Assembly (NCBI GenBank): GCA_021797675.1
Contig: JAJZZH010000105.1
Location: forward strand, 7,472 to 71,471
From: Bacillota bacterium
GTDB lineage: Bacteria > Bacillota > Sulfobacillia > Sulfobacillales > Sulfobacillaceae
Direction of reading: 5' to 3'
DNA length: 64,000 nucleotides
This document shows positions 42,547 to 52,196 of this stretch, in pieces. Under the pieces are notes generated by a model that worked only from the letters and a program-made list of their open reading frames with translations, was not told where the DNA came from and did no database searches. The position numbers and the translations under genes were made by a program. Positions within the stretch are counted from its first letter, which is position 1; each line of letters opens with the position of its first letter.

Positions 42547-43269
42547 GTGGAAATTCTCCGACGCCAGGGTCGCTACCAAGTCCGAATCACCGTCGATGAA
42601 TCTCCGGCCCCTGTTCAGACGTCCGCACGCCACGGCTGGGTGGGCGTGGATACCAACAGCACTGTTTTGGCTCTCTGTCACGTGTTGCCGAACGGCAATC
42701 CCCACGCCTTCGCGACGATCGGCGACCCCCGTCTCTTCGATGTCCGGTCGACCCAACGCGATGCGTTGGTGGGGCAGCTGGCGCGGGACACGGTTCACTG
42801 GGCGAAGCAACGCGGAGCCGGTCTGGTCGTGGAAGACTTGCAGTTCATCCACGATCGGGAGGTGAGCGCCAAGTTTAACCGCGTGACGCACCAGTTTACT
42901 TACCGGGCCTTGCTGACGGCGATCGAACGCCAGGCCGCGCGGGAAGGCGTCGCCTGGCGGAAAGTCAAACCGGCGTATACCTCGATCGTCGGACGGTTCA
43001 AGTATCATCCGCAATACGGGATGAGCGTGCATCACGCCGCGGCGCTCGTGATCGGGTGCCGAGGCGGGCTGAAAGTCCGCCGGGAGAACGTCCCCAAAGC
43101 CTTGCGGCTTTGGATGCAAGCCCAGCATCAATGGAACGATCCGTCTTATCGAAAAAATGATTGGAGCACGTGGGCGCGTATCAAACGAGTGATGGCAAAG
43201 ACGTTGGCATCGCACCATCAGTATTTGAGTGCCTGGTTAGGGTATCGCAAGACGTTATTCTCCGAATGA
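42547..43269 (+). pseudogene. TnpB-like (IS605 OrfB) RuvC-domain relic: N-terminally truncated, zinc finger lost, RuvC-III Asp replaced
   Basis: RYQVRITVDE...GWVGVDTNS gives RuvC-I, LVVEDLQF gives RuvC-II, and LLTAIERQAAREGVAWRKVKPAYTSIVGRF gives the TnpB PayTS motif. No CxxC pairs remain, and VHHAAALVIG replaces DvNAAiNI. Confidence 0.55.
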
Positions 43270-43468
43270 CCCACATCGCATTCCCCCGTCGCCACCACGT
43301 GGCGAAAGGAGCGACGGGGCATCTTGATGAGGGCCGAGTGCTGAGGGTCCCACGGGATGGACACCGGATCGAACCGAAACCCCGGTTCGATCTCTTCTCC
43401 CTCCAGGCTCCTTGGCGGTGAGCGAGGGAAACGCATCCTCGCTCGATGGGGCGAGAGCCACCCCCGAG

Positions 43469-43622
43469 CAGACAAATGACGGTAGGAATGAATCCCCACC
43501 CCAACCCCACAGCATGGGGACAAATGACGGTAGGAATGAATCCCCACCCCAACCCCACAGCATGGGGACAAATGACGGTAGGAATGAATCCCCACCCCAA
43601 CCCCACAGCATGGGGACGAATC
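43469..43622. repeat. 48-bp tandem repeat array x3 (unit atgacggtaggaatgaatccccaccccaaccccacagcatggggacaa); inverted, diverged homologue of the array at 1-276
   Basis: Read directly. The reverse complement ttgtccccatgctgtggggttggggtggggattcattcctaccgtcat aligns with the first unit ttgtccccatgctttggagccatggtggggattcccttctaccggcgg. Confidence 0.85.
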
Positions 43623-43800
43623 CTGTGAGGACAGCGGGTCCCATGCGGGGCCGAGAAAAGCCGAAAGAGATTATCGTAAGTTTTTTTAACCAGGATGTGA
43701 GCAGGGGTCGAGGTCGGGGAATAGGAGCAGAAACGCGGCAGGAATTGTTCCTGGCGATGTCGAATATTACGCACATGCCGGATTGGTGAGGAGGCACCCA

Positions 43801-44589
43801 ATGTGCGAGGGCATCGGGTCCGAGATTAAAGCGCTGCGAGAGAAATTGGGCTGGTCTCAAGATCATTTGGCACAGAAGATTCCGTTGTCGCAAAAGGAGA
43901 TTTCCCGCATCGAGCATGAGCAGGTGGTCAACATTCCCCGGGCCACCTTGATCCGGCTGGGCGAGGTGCTGGAATCTCCGGTGGCGGACGGCGGGCTGAA
44001 CCGTTGGCTACATTTGCAGGGGTACCGCGACTACCTCCGCCCCGGGCTCCCGTTGCCGCCCGGAGCGGCCGCCATCCTCGCCCAAACCGAACCCTTTCCG
44101 GCCGCCCTGGTTGATATCGGCGGCAACTTGGTGGCCTGCAACCGGGCCATGGAGCGGGTGTTCGGGGCGGTATCGCAGAGGGTTCCGCTGGGGCGCAACC
44201 TCGCCGTCGAGTTGCTCCGGCGCAGCCCGAGCGGCTTACCCTCCGCAACCACCGAAGAGCTGGCGGGAAAGATTCTGCGCAGGTTGCTCTGGGAATGGTC
44301 CTTGTTTGCCGACGACTGGGTTCTTGAAATGCGCGCCGGCATCAGCGCCGCCTTGGGCACTGGGTGGGAATCGGCGGCACTTGGGTGGATGATTCCCTTG
44401 GCCCGTCCGACCATTGACGAAATTTCCTGGCCGCTGGACCCCACGTCACCCGCCCGGTTTATTACCGTGGAACACGGAATTCGCCGACGTCCCGACCTCG
44501 GCCTGTTTCGCCTGCATCCCGTCAACGCACCAGCTCAGGAATGGTGCCTGGAGGGGAAAGCAAGTACGTATGCTCCGAGCCGGAGCTAG
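43801..44589 (+). CDS. XRE-family HTH transcriptional regulator with a C-terminal MmyB-like ligand-binding domain
   Basis: IKALREKLGWSQDHLAQKIPLSQKEISRIE HTH followed by a ~180-aa sensor-like domain. Confidence 0.65.
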   Translation: MCEGIGSEIKALREKLGWSQDHLAQKIPLSQKEISRIEHEQVVNIPRATLIRLGEVLESPVADGGLNRWLHLQGYRDYLRPGLPLPPGAAAILAQTEPFPAALVDIGGNLVACNRAMERVFGAVSQRVPLGRNLAVELLRRSPSGLPSATTEELAGKILRRLLWEWSLFADDWVLEMRAGISAALGTGWESAALGWMIPLARPTIDEISWPLDPTSPARFITVEHGIRRRPDLGLFRLHPVNAPAQEWCLEGKASTYAPSRS

Positions 44590-44912
44590 TCCCGTGGGAT
44601 CGCCTCTTTGTCCGCCACATAGACCCGACGGATGCCTTGATGGTAGACCGCCACCGAATTGCCGCCGGGGGGATTGGGATACCGCTCGCCGGTCGGTTCA
44701 TAACCTTCCGGGGGGGAGGGCAGCACGCGGTGATAGCGACGGTCAAAGTGCAGCGAAGCCATTAGGAAGGCAAATCCGGCGAGACCCAAATAGATCCCGA
44801 CCAGGGGCAGGCGGTCGACGAAGAAAATCGCACTGCCCAGCCACGATAATACACTCAGCGAACGCAACCACCGGCGGTCGAACAGCGTCAGTGGACCACT
44901 TTTCCCGGCCAT
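44586..44912 (-). CDS. Small hypothetical membrane protein
   Basis: Two predicted TM helices; no recognisable family. Confidence 0.35.
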   Translation of the reverse strand: MAGKSGPLTLFDRRWLRSLSVLSWLGSAIFFVDRLPLVGIYLGLAGFAFLMASLHFDRRYHRVLPSPPEGYEPTGERYPNPPGGNSVAVYHQGIRRVYVADKEAIPRD

Positions 44913-45274
44913 GCAGAGAACCCTCCCACCAAATATATTGCGTCATGTCCGCGACTTCGCAAGAGGCGAGCTGCCTGGTGGCTGCGGGCCGAACTCGGCC
45001 CGACGACCACAATCAGCTGACCCGGGCGCAGTTCGTGCAAACGCTGGCTCAACTCGAAATACGGGATGAGGGTGGCGCCTTTAATGTGGCCTTGACGAAA
45101 TGCCTTTTGCTCGCGAATGTCCAAAATCACTAAGCGTCGGCCTTCGGCAACCCATTGCAACAGTTCCCCGCCAGCCACGGAGGTCTTGGGTGCCGTGTCC
45201 CGTCTGGCCTTGCCTGGCAACCATGATCTAACGCGTTCCAGCATGTCTTCGCCTCCATCAACTCTGGTCTCCAT
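44888..45274 (-). CDS. Rhodanese-like domain protein, probably non-catalytic (no active-site Cys)
   Basis: LVILDIREQKAFRQGHIKGATLIPY...VVVGPSSARSHQAARLL has Ser where the catalytic Cys would be. Confidence 0.6.
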   Translation of the reverse strand: METRVDGGEDMLERVRSWLPGKARRDTAPKTSVAGGELLQWVAEGRRLVILDIREQKAFRQGHIKGATLIPYFELSQRLHELRPGQLIVVVGPSSARSHQAARLLRSRGHDAIYLVGGFSAWPGKVVH

Positions 45275-45571
45275 TGTAGCATCAATTCGATGAAGAAGAA
45301 CTTAGGTCGACGCGACCGCTTCGGCGAGCTTAACTTTTGCCCTGTGGCGACCCAAGAAAGCCCCGGCGCAGGGGGATGTGTTTTGTTGACCTATTTCGTA
45401 CAATGGAGCTACGTTGCCGTCGAGACCGCCGGCTGGCGCCGGCATCCGGTTGCCGGCCCCGGCACGCTTCCAGCGTGCATGGCAGGTCGGCGTGAACCAG
45501 AGGCTGGGCGGATCAAAGCGGCAGGTCAAGCAGGGAAAGCAGGTAAGGGGAGGGAAGGGCGGCGCTGTCCG

Positions 45572-48163
45572 ATGGCGCCACCGAGAGAAATGACGGAATT
45601 GTGGGGGATGCTGAGCCGCCCGAATTTGAATCTTCGCCGCAAGCAGTGGTCGGATTCGGAACGGGCCGCATTTCATCGCGCCTTAAGGGCCGAGGATTCG
45701 CGGCTCACCGTGTGGGTGGATCCGGATCGCTTAATGGCCTACACCTATGACGCTACCGGGGAGCGGCATCGTCCGGACGCTGCCATCCTGCTGCAAGACG
45801 CATCCCAGATCGGCCCCGTGTTGGCGGTGGCCCGACGTTTCGGCTGCCCAGTGATCGGACGGGGCGCGGGCACCAGCTTGAGCGGGGGCACGACCCCCGT
45901 CTTGGGAGGCATCGTGCTCGCCTTCGCCCAAATGCGTCGCGTCCTCGCCATCGACGAGGTCAGTCGGCAGGCCGTGGTTGAACCGGGCCTGGTCAATGCC
46001 GACTTTCAGGCTATCTTGGCCGAAAAAGGCCTCTTTTTCGCGCCGGATCCTTCGAGTCACCGGATTTCTACCGTTGGCGGCAATACGAACGAAAATTCCG
46101 GCGGACCGCACTGTATCAAATACGGGGTAACGACCAATCACGTGCTCGGGGGGCACTGTTATCTCATCGATGGCAGGGGGCGCACCCTGCCCACCACCCG
46201 GGACTGGCGGGCAGGGCTCGATCTGACGGGAATTATCGTGGGATCCGAAGGAACGCTCGCCATCGTGGACCAAATCGAGGTCGTCTTGACGCGGCGACCG
46301 CCGGCGGTCGAGACGCTCCTGGCCGCCTTTGACACGGTGGAGAGCGCTATCGCCACGGTTTCGGCCATCATTGCCCGCCAAATTGTTCCTTCCACGTTGG
46401 AGCTCTTGGATCGGAAGAGCATCCAAACGGTCGAGCGGTTTGTCCACGCGGGCTATCCGGCCGATGCCGGTGCCGTCTTGCTCATTGAAATCGACGGCCC
46501 GGAAGCGGATGTGTCGGCGGAGCGCGCAACCATCGAGGCGATTCTCGGCGAGCAGGGCGCACTCAGCGTTCAGCGCGCGCAGACGCCAGAGGAAGTTGAG
46601 GCGCTGTGGAAGGGCAGGCGGTCGGCCTACGGGGCGGCGGCGCAGATTGCGGGGCATCTTTGGATCCAGGATGTCACCGTGCCCCGCCCTCTGCTGCCCG
46701 AAATGATGAAGACGGTAAGCGCAATTGGCGAGCGTTACGGATTCGATATTATGACGATCGCCCATGCCGGCGACGGTAACCTGCATCCGCAGCTCCCTTA
46801 TAACCCGAGTGACCCCGAGGAAGTGTCCCGCATGCGGGAGGCCGACGAGGCAATTTTGCGGGCGTGCGTGGCGCTGGGCGGCTCTATCACCGGCGAGCAC
46901 GGAATCGGTATTGACAAACTGGAGCAATTGGCCCTCATGTACGGGCCGCAAGAGCGGGATCGCATGGCGGAAATCCGGCAGGCTTTTGACCCCGAAGGTT
47001 TGCTAAACCCGGGCAAGGCGGTATTGCCACTGGGCTACCGCCGCCCCGAAGAAACGGATTTGCCGCCCGCCGTCGAACCGGCCGATCCGCGGCTTGAGGC
47101 GATGCGCGAGATGCTTCAGGGGGCCAAGGCCACCGTAGCCGTGCGCGGCAGCAACAGCCAAGCTGGCCGGTCACCCTCGCGGGCGGGTCAGGAAGAGCTG
47201 TGCACGCGTTCCCTGGACCGGTTGGTGGACGTGGACGTGCCCAACCTGACCATCACGGTGGAATCAGGTGTCCGCGCAGATGCCTTGCAACGGACGTTGT
47301 CGGAGCAGCATTTGGCCATTCCCACGTTGCCGCACAACGGGCGCACCATCGGCGGGCTGGTGGCGAGCAACGCCCGCTACTGGGGAGACCGGGGGCTCGG
47401 CTGGCGCGACCACGTGCTGGCCGTGACCTGGCTTGACGGAAGCGGAAAACGGCTCAGATTCGGACGAAAGACGATGAAAAACGTGGCCGGTTACGACGTG
47501 GTCAAATTAGCCGTTGGATCGTGGGGGACATTGGGCGTGCTGACGGAATTCACCTTTCGCGTCCGCCCGCAGCCCAAGGAATCTGCCATAGCCGAAGTCA
47601 GCGGAGCCGAGCTGTCCACCTTGCTGGCGGTGGCCCTAACCATCCGCAACCTGCCGACTCCGCCGCGGGGGATGGTCCTCAGCACCGACACCGGTCCCCG
47701 GTTGTGGATCTGGCTGGAGGCCACCGACGTCCACGCCCAGCAGCACGCCCTGGAGACGGTGCTCACCGCGTCGGACCTCCGCGCCGAATGGTTTTCCGCC
47801 GCCGAGAAGGTGCCGTTGGTGGATGCCGCGCATCATGAATTTGAACAGGCCTGGAACACGGGCGGTGAATGGCTGGAGGGGGGAGTGCCGCCCGGGGATC
47901 TCCTCAATGACGCGGTGCGAGATTGGTCGGCGGCAGACCGGGTTTGGGTCTTTCCGTTTTCCGGAGCCATCGAGTGGTATCGGCCGGAGCCTGTGCCTTC
48001 CGGGGAGAGGCTGCCCGGCTGGGTGGTCCGCAGCTACCGAACGGGCCAGGGCCCCCGAGTTCGGCGCCAGTCGTCCTCCTGGGTGGACGTCGAAGACCGC
48101 ATCCGCACGATTTTTGATCCGTGGGGACGGTTTCCGACTTGGGAAGCAGGTGGTGACCGATGA
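45572..48163 (+). CDS. glcDE: Glycolate oxidase FAD-linked subunits GlcD and GlcE fused in one polypeptide
   Basis: FAD-binding PCMH domain and GlcD-like sequence to ~47040 (...AFDPEGLLNPGKAV), then a second FAD-binding domain (GlcE-like: ...ITVESGVRADALQRTLSEQHLAIP...VAGYDVVKL) with no intervening stop. The ORF extends 94 codons upstream of the chosen Met. Confidence 0.7.
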   Translation: MAPPREMTELWGMLSRPNLNLRRKQWSDSERAAFHRALRAEDSRLTVWVDPDRLMAYTYDATGERHRPDAAILLQDASQIGPVLAVARRFGCPVIGRGAGTSLSGGTTPVLGGIVLAFAQMRRVLAIDEVSRQAVVEPGLVNADFQAILAEKGLFFAPDPSSHRISTVGGNTNENSGGPHCIKYGVTTNHVLGGHCYLIDGRGRTLPTTRDWRAGLDLTGIIVGSEGTLAIVDQIEVVLTRRPPAVETLLAAFDTVESAIATVSAIIARQIVPSTLELLDRKSIQTVERFVHAGYPADAGAVLLIEIDGPEADVSAERATIEAILGEQGALSVQRAQTPEEVEALWKGRRSAYGAAAQIAGHLWIQDVTVPRPLLPEMMKTVSAIGERYGFDIMTIAHAGDGNLHPQLPYNPSDPEEVSRMREADEAILRACVALGGSITGEHGIGIDKLEQLALMYGPQERDRMAEIRQAFDPEGLLNPGKAVLPLGYRRPEETDLPPAVEPADPRLEAMREMLQGAKATVAVRGSNSQAGRSPSRAGQEELCTRSLDRLVDVDVPNLTITVESGVRADALQRTLSEQHLAIPTLPHNGRTIGGLVASNARYWGDRGLGWRDHVLAVTWLDGSGKRLRFGRKTMKNVAGYDVVKLAVGSWGTLGVLTEFTFRVRPQPKESAIAEVSGAELSTLLAVALTIRNLPTPPRGMVLSTDTGPRLWIWLEATDVHAQQHALETVLTASDLRAEWFSAAEKVPLVDAAHHEFEQAWNTGGEWLEGGVPPGDLLNDAVRDWSAADRVWVFPFSGAIEWYRPEPVPSGERLPGWVVRSYRTGQGPRVRRQSSSWVDVEDRIRTIFDPWGRFPTWEAGGDR

Positions 48164-49455
48164 AGGACCCCAGCCGGTGGAGATGGGTGTTACAGGAGAC
48201 CGATCACTGCAACAAATGTGGATTTTGCCTGCCGGCGTGCCCGACCTATAGGTTGACGCGACAGGAATTGCATTCGCCGCGCGGGCGGATTGCCATGGTG
48301 GAAGCGGCGGTGCGGGGGGAACTGACCACGACCGCTGGCCTCGAAGAGGCGCTGAGCTACTGCGTGGGCTGTCGCGCCTGCGAGCTGGCCTGCCCGTCTG
48401 GCGTGCGCTATGAGCGGATTCTGGAGACGGGGAGAAGCCTTTTGGTCGAAGGGGGCAGCACGGCGTTTCGCGGATCGCTGGCGGCACGCACGGCGCTGTA
48501 CCTGGCTCCCCGCAAACACACTTTCCGGAGTTTCGCGCGCTGGGGAAGCCTTGCGCGGCGGGTGCCGTTGGCCGACTTGGTCAGCGATTACGCGGTCATG
48601 CTGCCCGAATCCACGGGTCGAAGCCAGCCATCCCGAACGATGCCCCGGCCTTCGCCAACGGGTCCCCGGGTGGCGTTTTTCTCGGGGTGTGTGATGGATG
48701 CCATGTTCGCGGAGGCCAACCGGATGGCTCAGCAGTTGCTGACTGCCGCCGGCTATCGTGTGTTTCAGCTGCCATCGGAAACTTGCTGCGGCGCGATCCA
48801 CCTGCATTCGGCCCAGCCAGCGGAGGCGCAGAGGCTGGCCAAGGCGAATATCGCTGCGTTCGAGTCCGAAGCGGCGGATTGGATCGTCAACACCGCGGGC
48901 GGATGCGGGGCCATGTTGCAGGAATATCCGGAACTGTTTGCGCAAGACCCCGCCTGGAAGGAACGGGCCGAACGGTTTTCGGCGCGGGTTCGAGATTTTT
49001 CGAGCTTGTTGGTCGCGGAGGAGGCCCGTCCTCTCGGATACCTCGGCGATGGCAGCCGGGTCGTGTTGCAAAATTCTTGTCACTTGGTCAATGTGCAACG
49101 GGTTGGCGACCACCCGGTACAGTTGTTGCGGCAGGTGACCGGCAATACTTTCGTGCCCTATGCCGACCAGAATTTCTGTTGCGGCGCGGGCGGGCTGTAC
49201 AATATCAACCATCGCGAATGGGCACGGGGGATCTTGGACGATAAGATGGACAAGGTGGCTGCGCTCGAACCGACCAAGATTATCGTGAACAATCCCGGTT
49301 GTCATATGCAGATGCTCTGGGGGGTGGAACGGCACAAGGAACGGGTGCACGCGAAGGTAGAACATTTGGCCACGTACTTGTGGCAGTGTCACCAAAACTA
49401 CCTCAGAGCTGATGAGGCGTCTGCCTCCGGGAGCGACGTCGAGGCCGAACCCTGA
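48160..49455 (+). CDS. glcF: Glycolate oxidase iron-sulfur subunit GlcF
   Basis: CNKCGFCLPACPTY and CVGCRACELACPSGV 4Fe-4S motifs plus CCG domains; overlaps glcDE by 4 nt. Confidence 0.85.
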   Translation: MKDPSRWRWVLQETDHCNKCGFCLPACPTYRLTRQELHSPRGRIAMVEAAVRGELTTTAGLEEALSYCVGCRACELACPSGVRYERILETGRSLLVEGGSTAFRGSLAARTALYLAPRKHTFRSFARWGSLARRVPLADLVSDYAVMLPESTGRSQPSRTMPRPSPTGPRVAFFSGCVMDAMFAEANRMAQQLLTAAGYRVFQLPSETCCGAIHLHSAQPAEAQRLAKANIAAFESEAADWIVNTAGGCGAMLQEYPELFAQDPAWKERAERFSARVRDFSSLLVAEEARPLGYLGDGSRVVLQNSCHLVNVQRVGDHPVQLLRQVTGNTFVPYADQNFCCGAGGLYNINHREWARGILDDKMDKVAALEPTKIIVNNPGCHMQMLWGVERHKERVHAKVEHLATYLWQCHQNYLRADEASASGSDVEAEP

Positions 49456-49509
49456 CGGGTGGTCTCACGGGACGGGCTGCCACCGCGACAGGGACGAAGG
49501 GAGGGAAAC

Positions 49510-49896
49510 ATGGACGAATGGTCATTTGAGACTTTGGCCGCAAGTCTCCGGGCGGATTTGGCCGACTTGCATACCTTTCATGAGGTGTTGGCCAAGAAAC
49601 TGGAGCAGTCGTTGGGTCAGGCCGCGGTGCAAATCAAGCGCGGAGGGTGGCCGTGGCAGGAGAAGCGGCCGCTCATCAAGCTTAGCGTCGAGTTGGCGTC
49701 GATGCGATGGGAAGTCGAACGGGCGGCCGCCGGCATGACCTATAAAATGGTGAAACTGGTGCGCGGCGTGGCGCTCAAGTCGGAGATGGTTCCGTTGGAG
49801 ACCTGGTTGGACACGTTGTCCAAAGCGCTGTGGGAGCATGCCAACGCCAGTCAGGCAACGCGGGAAGCGCTCGAGCGTTTCTTGCTGGATACGTGA
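49510..49896 (+). CDS. Hypothetical protein
   Basis: ORF only, downstream of glcF. Confidence 0.3.
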   Translation: MDEWSFETLAASLRADLADLHTFHEVLAKKLEQSLGQAAVQIKRGGWPWQEKRPLIKLSVELASMRWEVERAAAGMTYKMVKLVRGVALKSEMVPLETWLDTLSKALWEHANASQATREALERFLLDT

Positions 49897-50224
49897 CGGT
49901 AGCGGGGTGGTCAGCCGTTGCCCGCTTGTCCGGATAAGCCGAGATGTCTGCGGTTGACGCCGTCCCCGAAGCTATCCCGTTGGCTCACCGGTCGCGGTGT
50001 CTCAGGCGCGAGACAGCGGTCCCTGGTACTGCGGTGTTTAGGCGGCGATCCATGCCAGCATCGCCCCGTCGGTAACCGCTCTGCGTGGATAATGACGTCG
50101 GTTGACGTTCATTAAAATATAATATATGCGGGAAATCTGGCCGTTCGGGTCGTCAGCCTCCCTGGATGGAGGACGTTTTGGGATGTTCTGCGCCGGCCAG
50201 CAGGAGAAGGCCGGCCGGTCCCGA

Positions 50225-51424
50225 ATGATGGATATCGGTTCCCACGGGATCGCGTACGATCGATCCGAAGCGATATATGGAGCAGGGGGAGATGGAGTGC
50301 TGAGGATAGGGGTCATCGGGCTAGGAATCATGGGGAGCGAGCACGCCACATACCTTGCTGCCCATGCGGTGAACGGAGCAGAGCTCACGGCGGTGGCCGA
50401 TCTGGATCGGGGACGTTTGGCCTGGGCCGAACGTCAATGGGGGGACGCGGTGGCCCGCTTTTGCGATGCCAACGAGCTGATCGCCAGCGGGCGATGTGAC
50501 GGTGTGCTGATTGCCACGCCGCATTTCTTGCATCCGTCAGTTTCACGGGAGGCCTTGGCTCACGGACTCCACGTGCTCTGCGAAAAGCCGATTGCGGTCT
50601 ATACGGCTTCCGCCCGGGATTTGGCGGGGTTAGCCGCCGAGCGGGGATTGGTGTTTGGCGTGATGTACAATCAGCGCACGAATCCCGTGTATCAGCAGGT
50701 GCGGAACTTGGTAATCTCGGGCGAATTAGGGGAGATCAAGCGCACCAGCTGGACCGTGACCCACTGGTACCGATCCCAAAGTTACTATGAGATGGGCAAC
50801 TGGCGGGCGACGTGGTCTGGGGAAGGGGGTGGCGTATTGTTGAACCAATGCCCCCATCAATTAGACCTGTGGCAGTGGGTGCTGAACATGATGCCGGTGC
50901 GTATCCAGGCGTTCATGGGATTCGGCAAGTACCACGACATCGAAGTCGAGGACGATGTAACCGCCTATGTCGAATACGCCAACGGTGCGACAGGCACCTT
51001 TATTACCTCCACCGGCGAGGCGCCGGGAACCAATCGGTTAGAGATTGCCGCCGACCGCGGAAAGCTGGTGGTGGAAAATGACCGCGAGATACGCTTTTGG
51101 CGGCTGGTGACCAGCGAACGAGAATTCAACCGAACGTATCGCGGAGGGCATGGCGCGCCGGAGGTTTGGCAGGTATTGATGCCGCTTCGCGGACACGAGA
51201 CCGGCTACCGCGGTATAACCCAAAATTGGGTGGACGCGATTGTGCGCAATGAGCCCTTGCTGGCACCCGGCGAGGACGGTCTCCAGGGTCTCACCTTGTC
51301 GAATGCCATGCATCTTTCCGCATGGACCGGCCGTCCCGTCGACCTTCCGTTGGATGAAGCGGAGTTCGAACGGCTTTTGCGCGAGCGCATGAAGACCTCG
51401 GCTGGCCCGGTGTGGAACGGATAA
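50225..51424 (+). CDS. Gfo/Idh/MocA-family NAD(P)-dependent oxidoreductase
   Basis: LRIGVIGLGIMGSEH Rossmann N-terminus; the start is uncertain (possibly GTG ~50297). Confidence 0.75.
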   Translation: MMDIGSHGIAYDRSEAIYGAGGDGVLRIGVIGLGIMGSEHATYLAAHAVNGAELTAVADLDRGRLAWAERQWGDAVARFCDANELIASGRCDGVLIATPHFLHPSVSREALAHGLHVLCEKPIAVYTASARDLAGLAAERGLVFGVMYNQRTNPVYQQVRNLVISGELGEIKRTSWTVTHWYRSQSYYEMGNWRATWSGEGGGVLLNQCPHQLDLWQWVLNMMPVRIQAFMGFGKYHDIEVEDDVTAYVEYANGATGTFITSTGEAPGTNRLEIAADRGKLVVENDREIRFWRLVTSEREFNRTYRGGHGAPEVWQVLMPLRGHETGYRGITQNWVDAIVRNEPLLAPGEDGLQGLTLSNAMHLSAWTGRPVDLPLDEAEFERLLRERMKTSAGPVWNG

Positions 51425-51443
51425 TCCAAGAAAGGGGACATCA

Positions 51444-52196
51444 TTGAAAGTTGCAGCCCAGCTTTATACGCTAAGAGAATATCTGAAACGGCCGGAAGAT
51501 GTGCGAACCAGCTTGCAGCGCGTGCGTGCGCTAGGCTACGAGGCCGTGCAGCTCTCCGGTTTGGGGCCGATTGAGACCGATGAATTGATCCGTATCGTGC
51601 GCGGAGAAGGCTTGGTGGTGGCCGCTACGCACGTATCTTGGGAGGAACTGGCCGGGGACCTGGACGCGTTGGCGGAGCGCCATCACCAGCTCGGGTGTCA
51701 ACACACGGCCATTGCCGCCATGCCTAAGGAATTTCGACACCGTAACGGCTATCGGCAGTTTGGCGAGCAGGCGGCGCCGATCGCGCAGCAGCTGAAAAAG
51801 GCAGGGATCTTCCTCAGTTATCATAACCACGCCTTTGAATTTGAACGCTTTGGGGAGGAGACCGGACTCGACATGCTGTACCGGCACGCAAGTTCGGCGT
51901 TAAGTGCGGAGATCGACGTCTATTGGGTGCAATACGGGGGAGGCGATCCAGCCCAATGGATCCGCAAGCTGAGCCATCGTTTACCGCTGGTCCACTTAAA
52001 GGACATGACGGTGGTGGACGGGCAGCCCGTGATGGCCGAAGTGGGGGAGGGAAACCTGAACTGGCCCAATATTCTTGACGCCTTAGAGACCGCAGGGACG
52101 CGTTGGTACATGGTGGAACAGGATGTCTGCCGGCGCGATCCGTTTGAAAGCCTGAAAATCAGCCGGGAGCATCTCCGGGAGTGGGGGATTTCCTAA
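51444..52196 (+). CDS. Sugar phosphate isomerase/epimerase (xylose-isomerase-like TIM barrel)
   Basis: Family-typical length and sequence; adjacent to the Gfo/Idh/MocA gene, a common pairing. Confidence 0.7.
   Translation: MKVAAQLYTLREYLKRPEDVRTSLQRVRALGYEAVQLSGLGPIETDELIRIVRGEGLVVAATHVSWEELAGDLDALAERHHQLGCQHTAIAAMPKEFRHRNGYRQFGEQAAPIAQQLKKAGIFLSYHNHAFEFERFGEETGLDMLYRHASSALSAEIDVYWVQYGGGDPAQWIRKLSHRLPLVHLKDMTVVDGQPVMAEVGEGNLNWPNILDALETAGTRWYMVEQDVCRRDPFESLKISREHLREWGIS

Noticed and set aside
45731-46951. 406-aa minus-strand ORF (similar long antisense ORFs lie opposite acnA, the GDE gene and the SBP gene)
   Set aside because: It is antisense to well-supported genes (GlcD here) and has Arg/Pro/Gly-rich low-complexity translation. 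Typical high-GC shadow ORFs.
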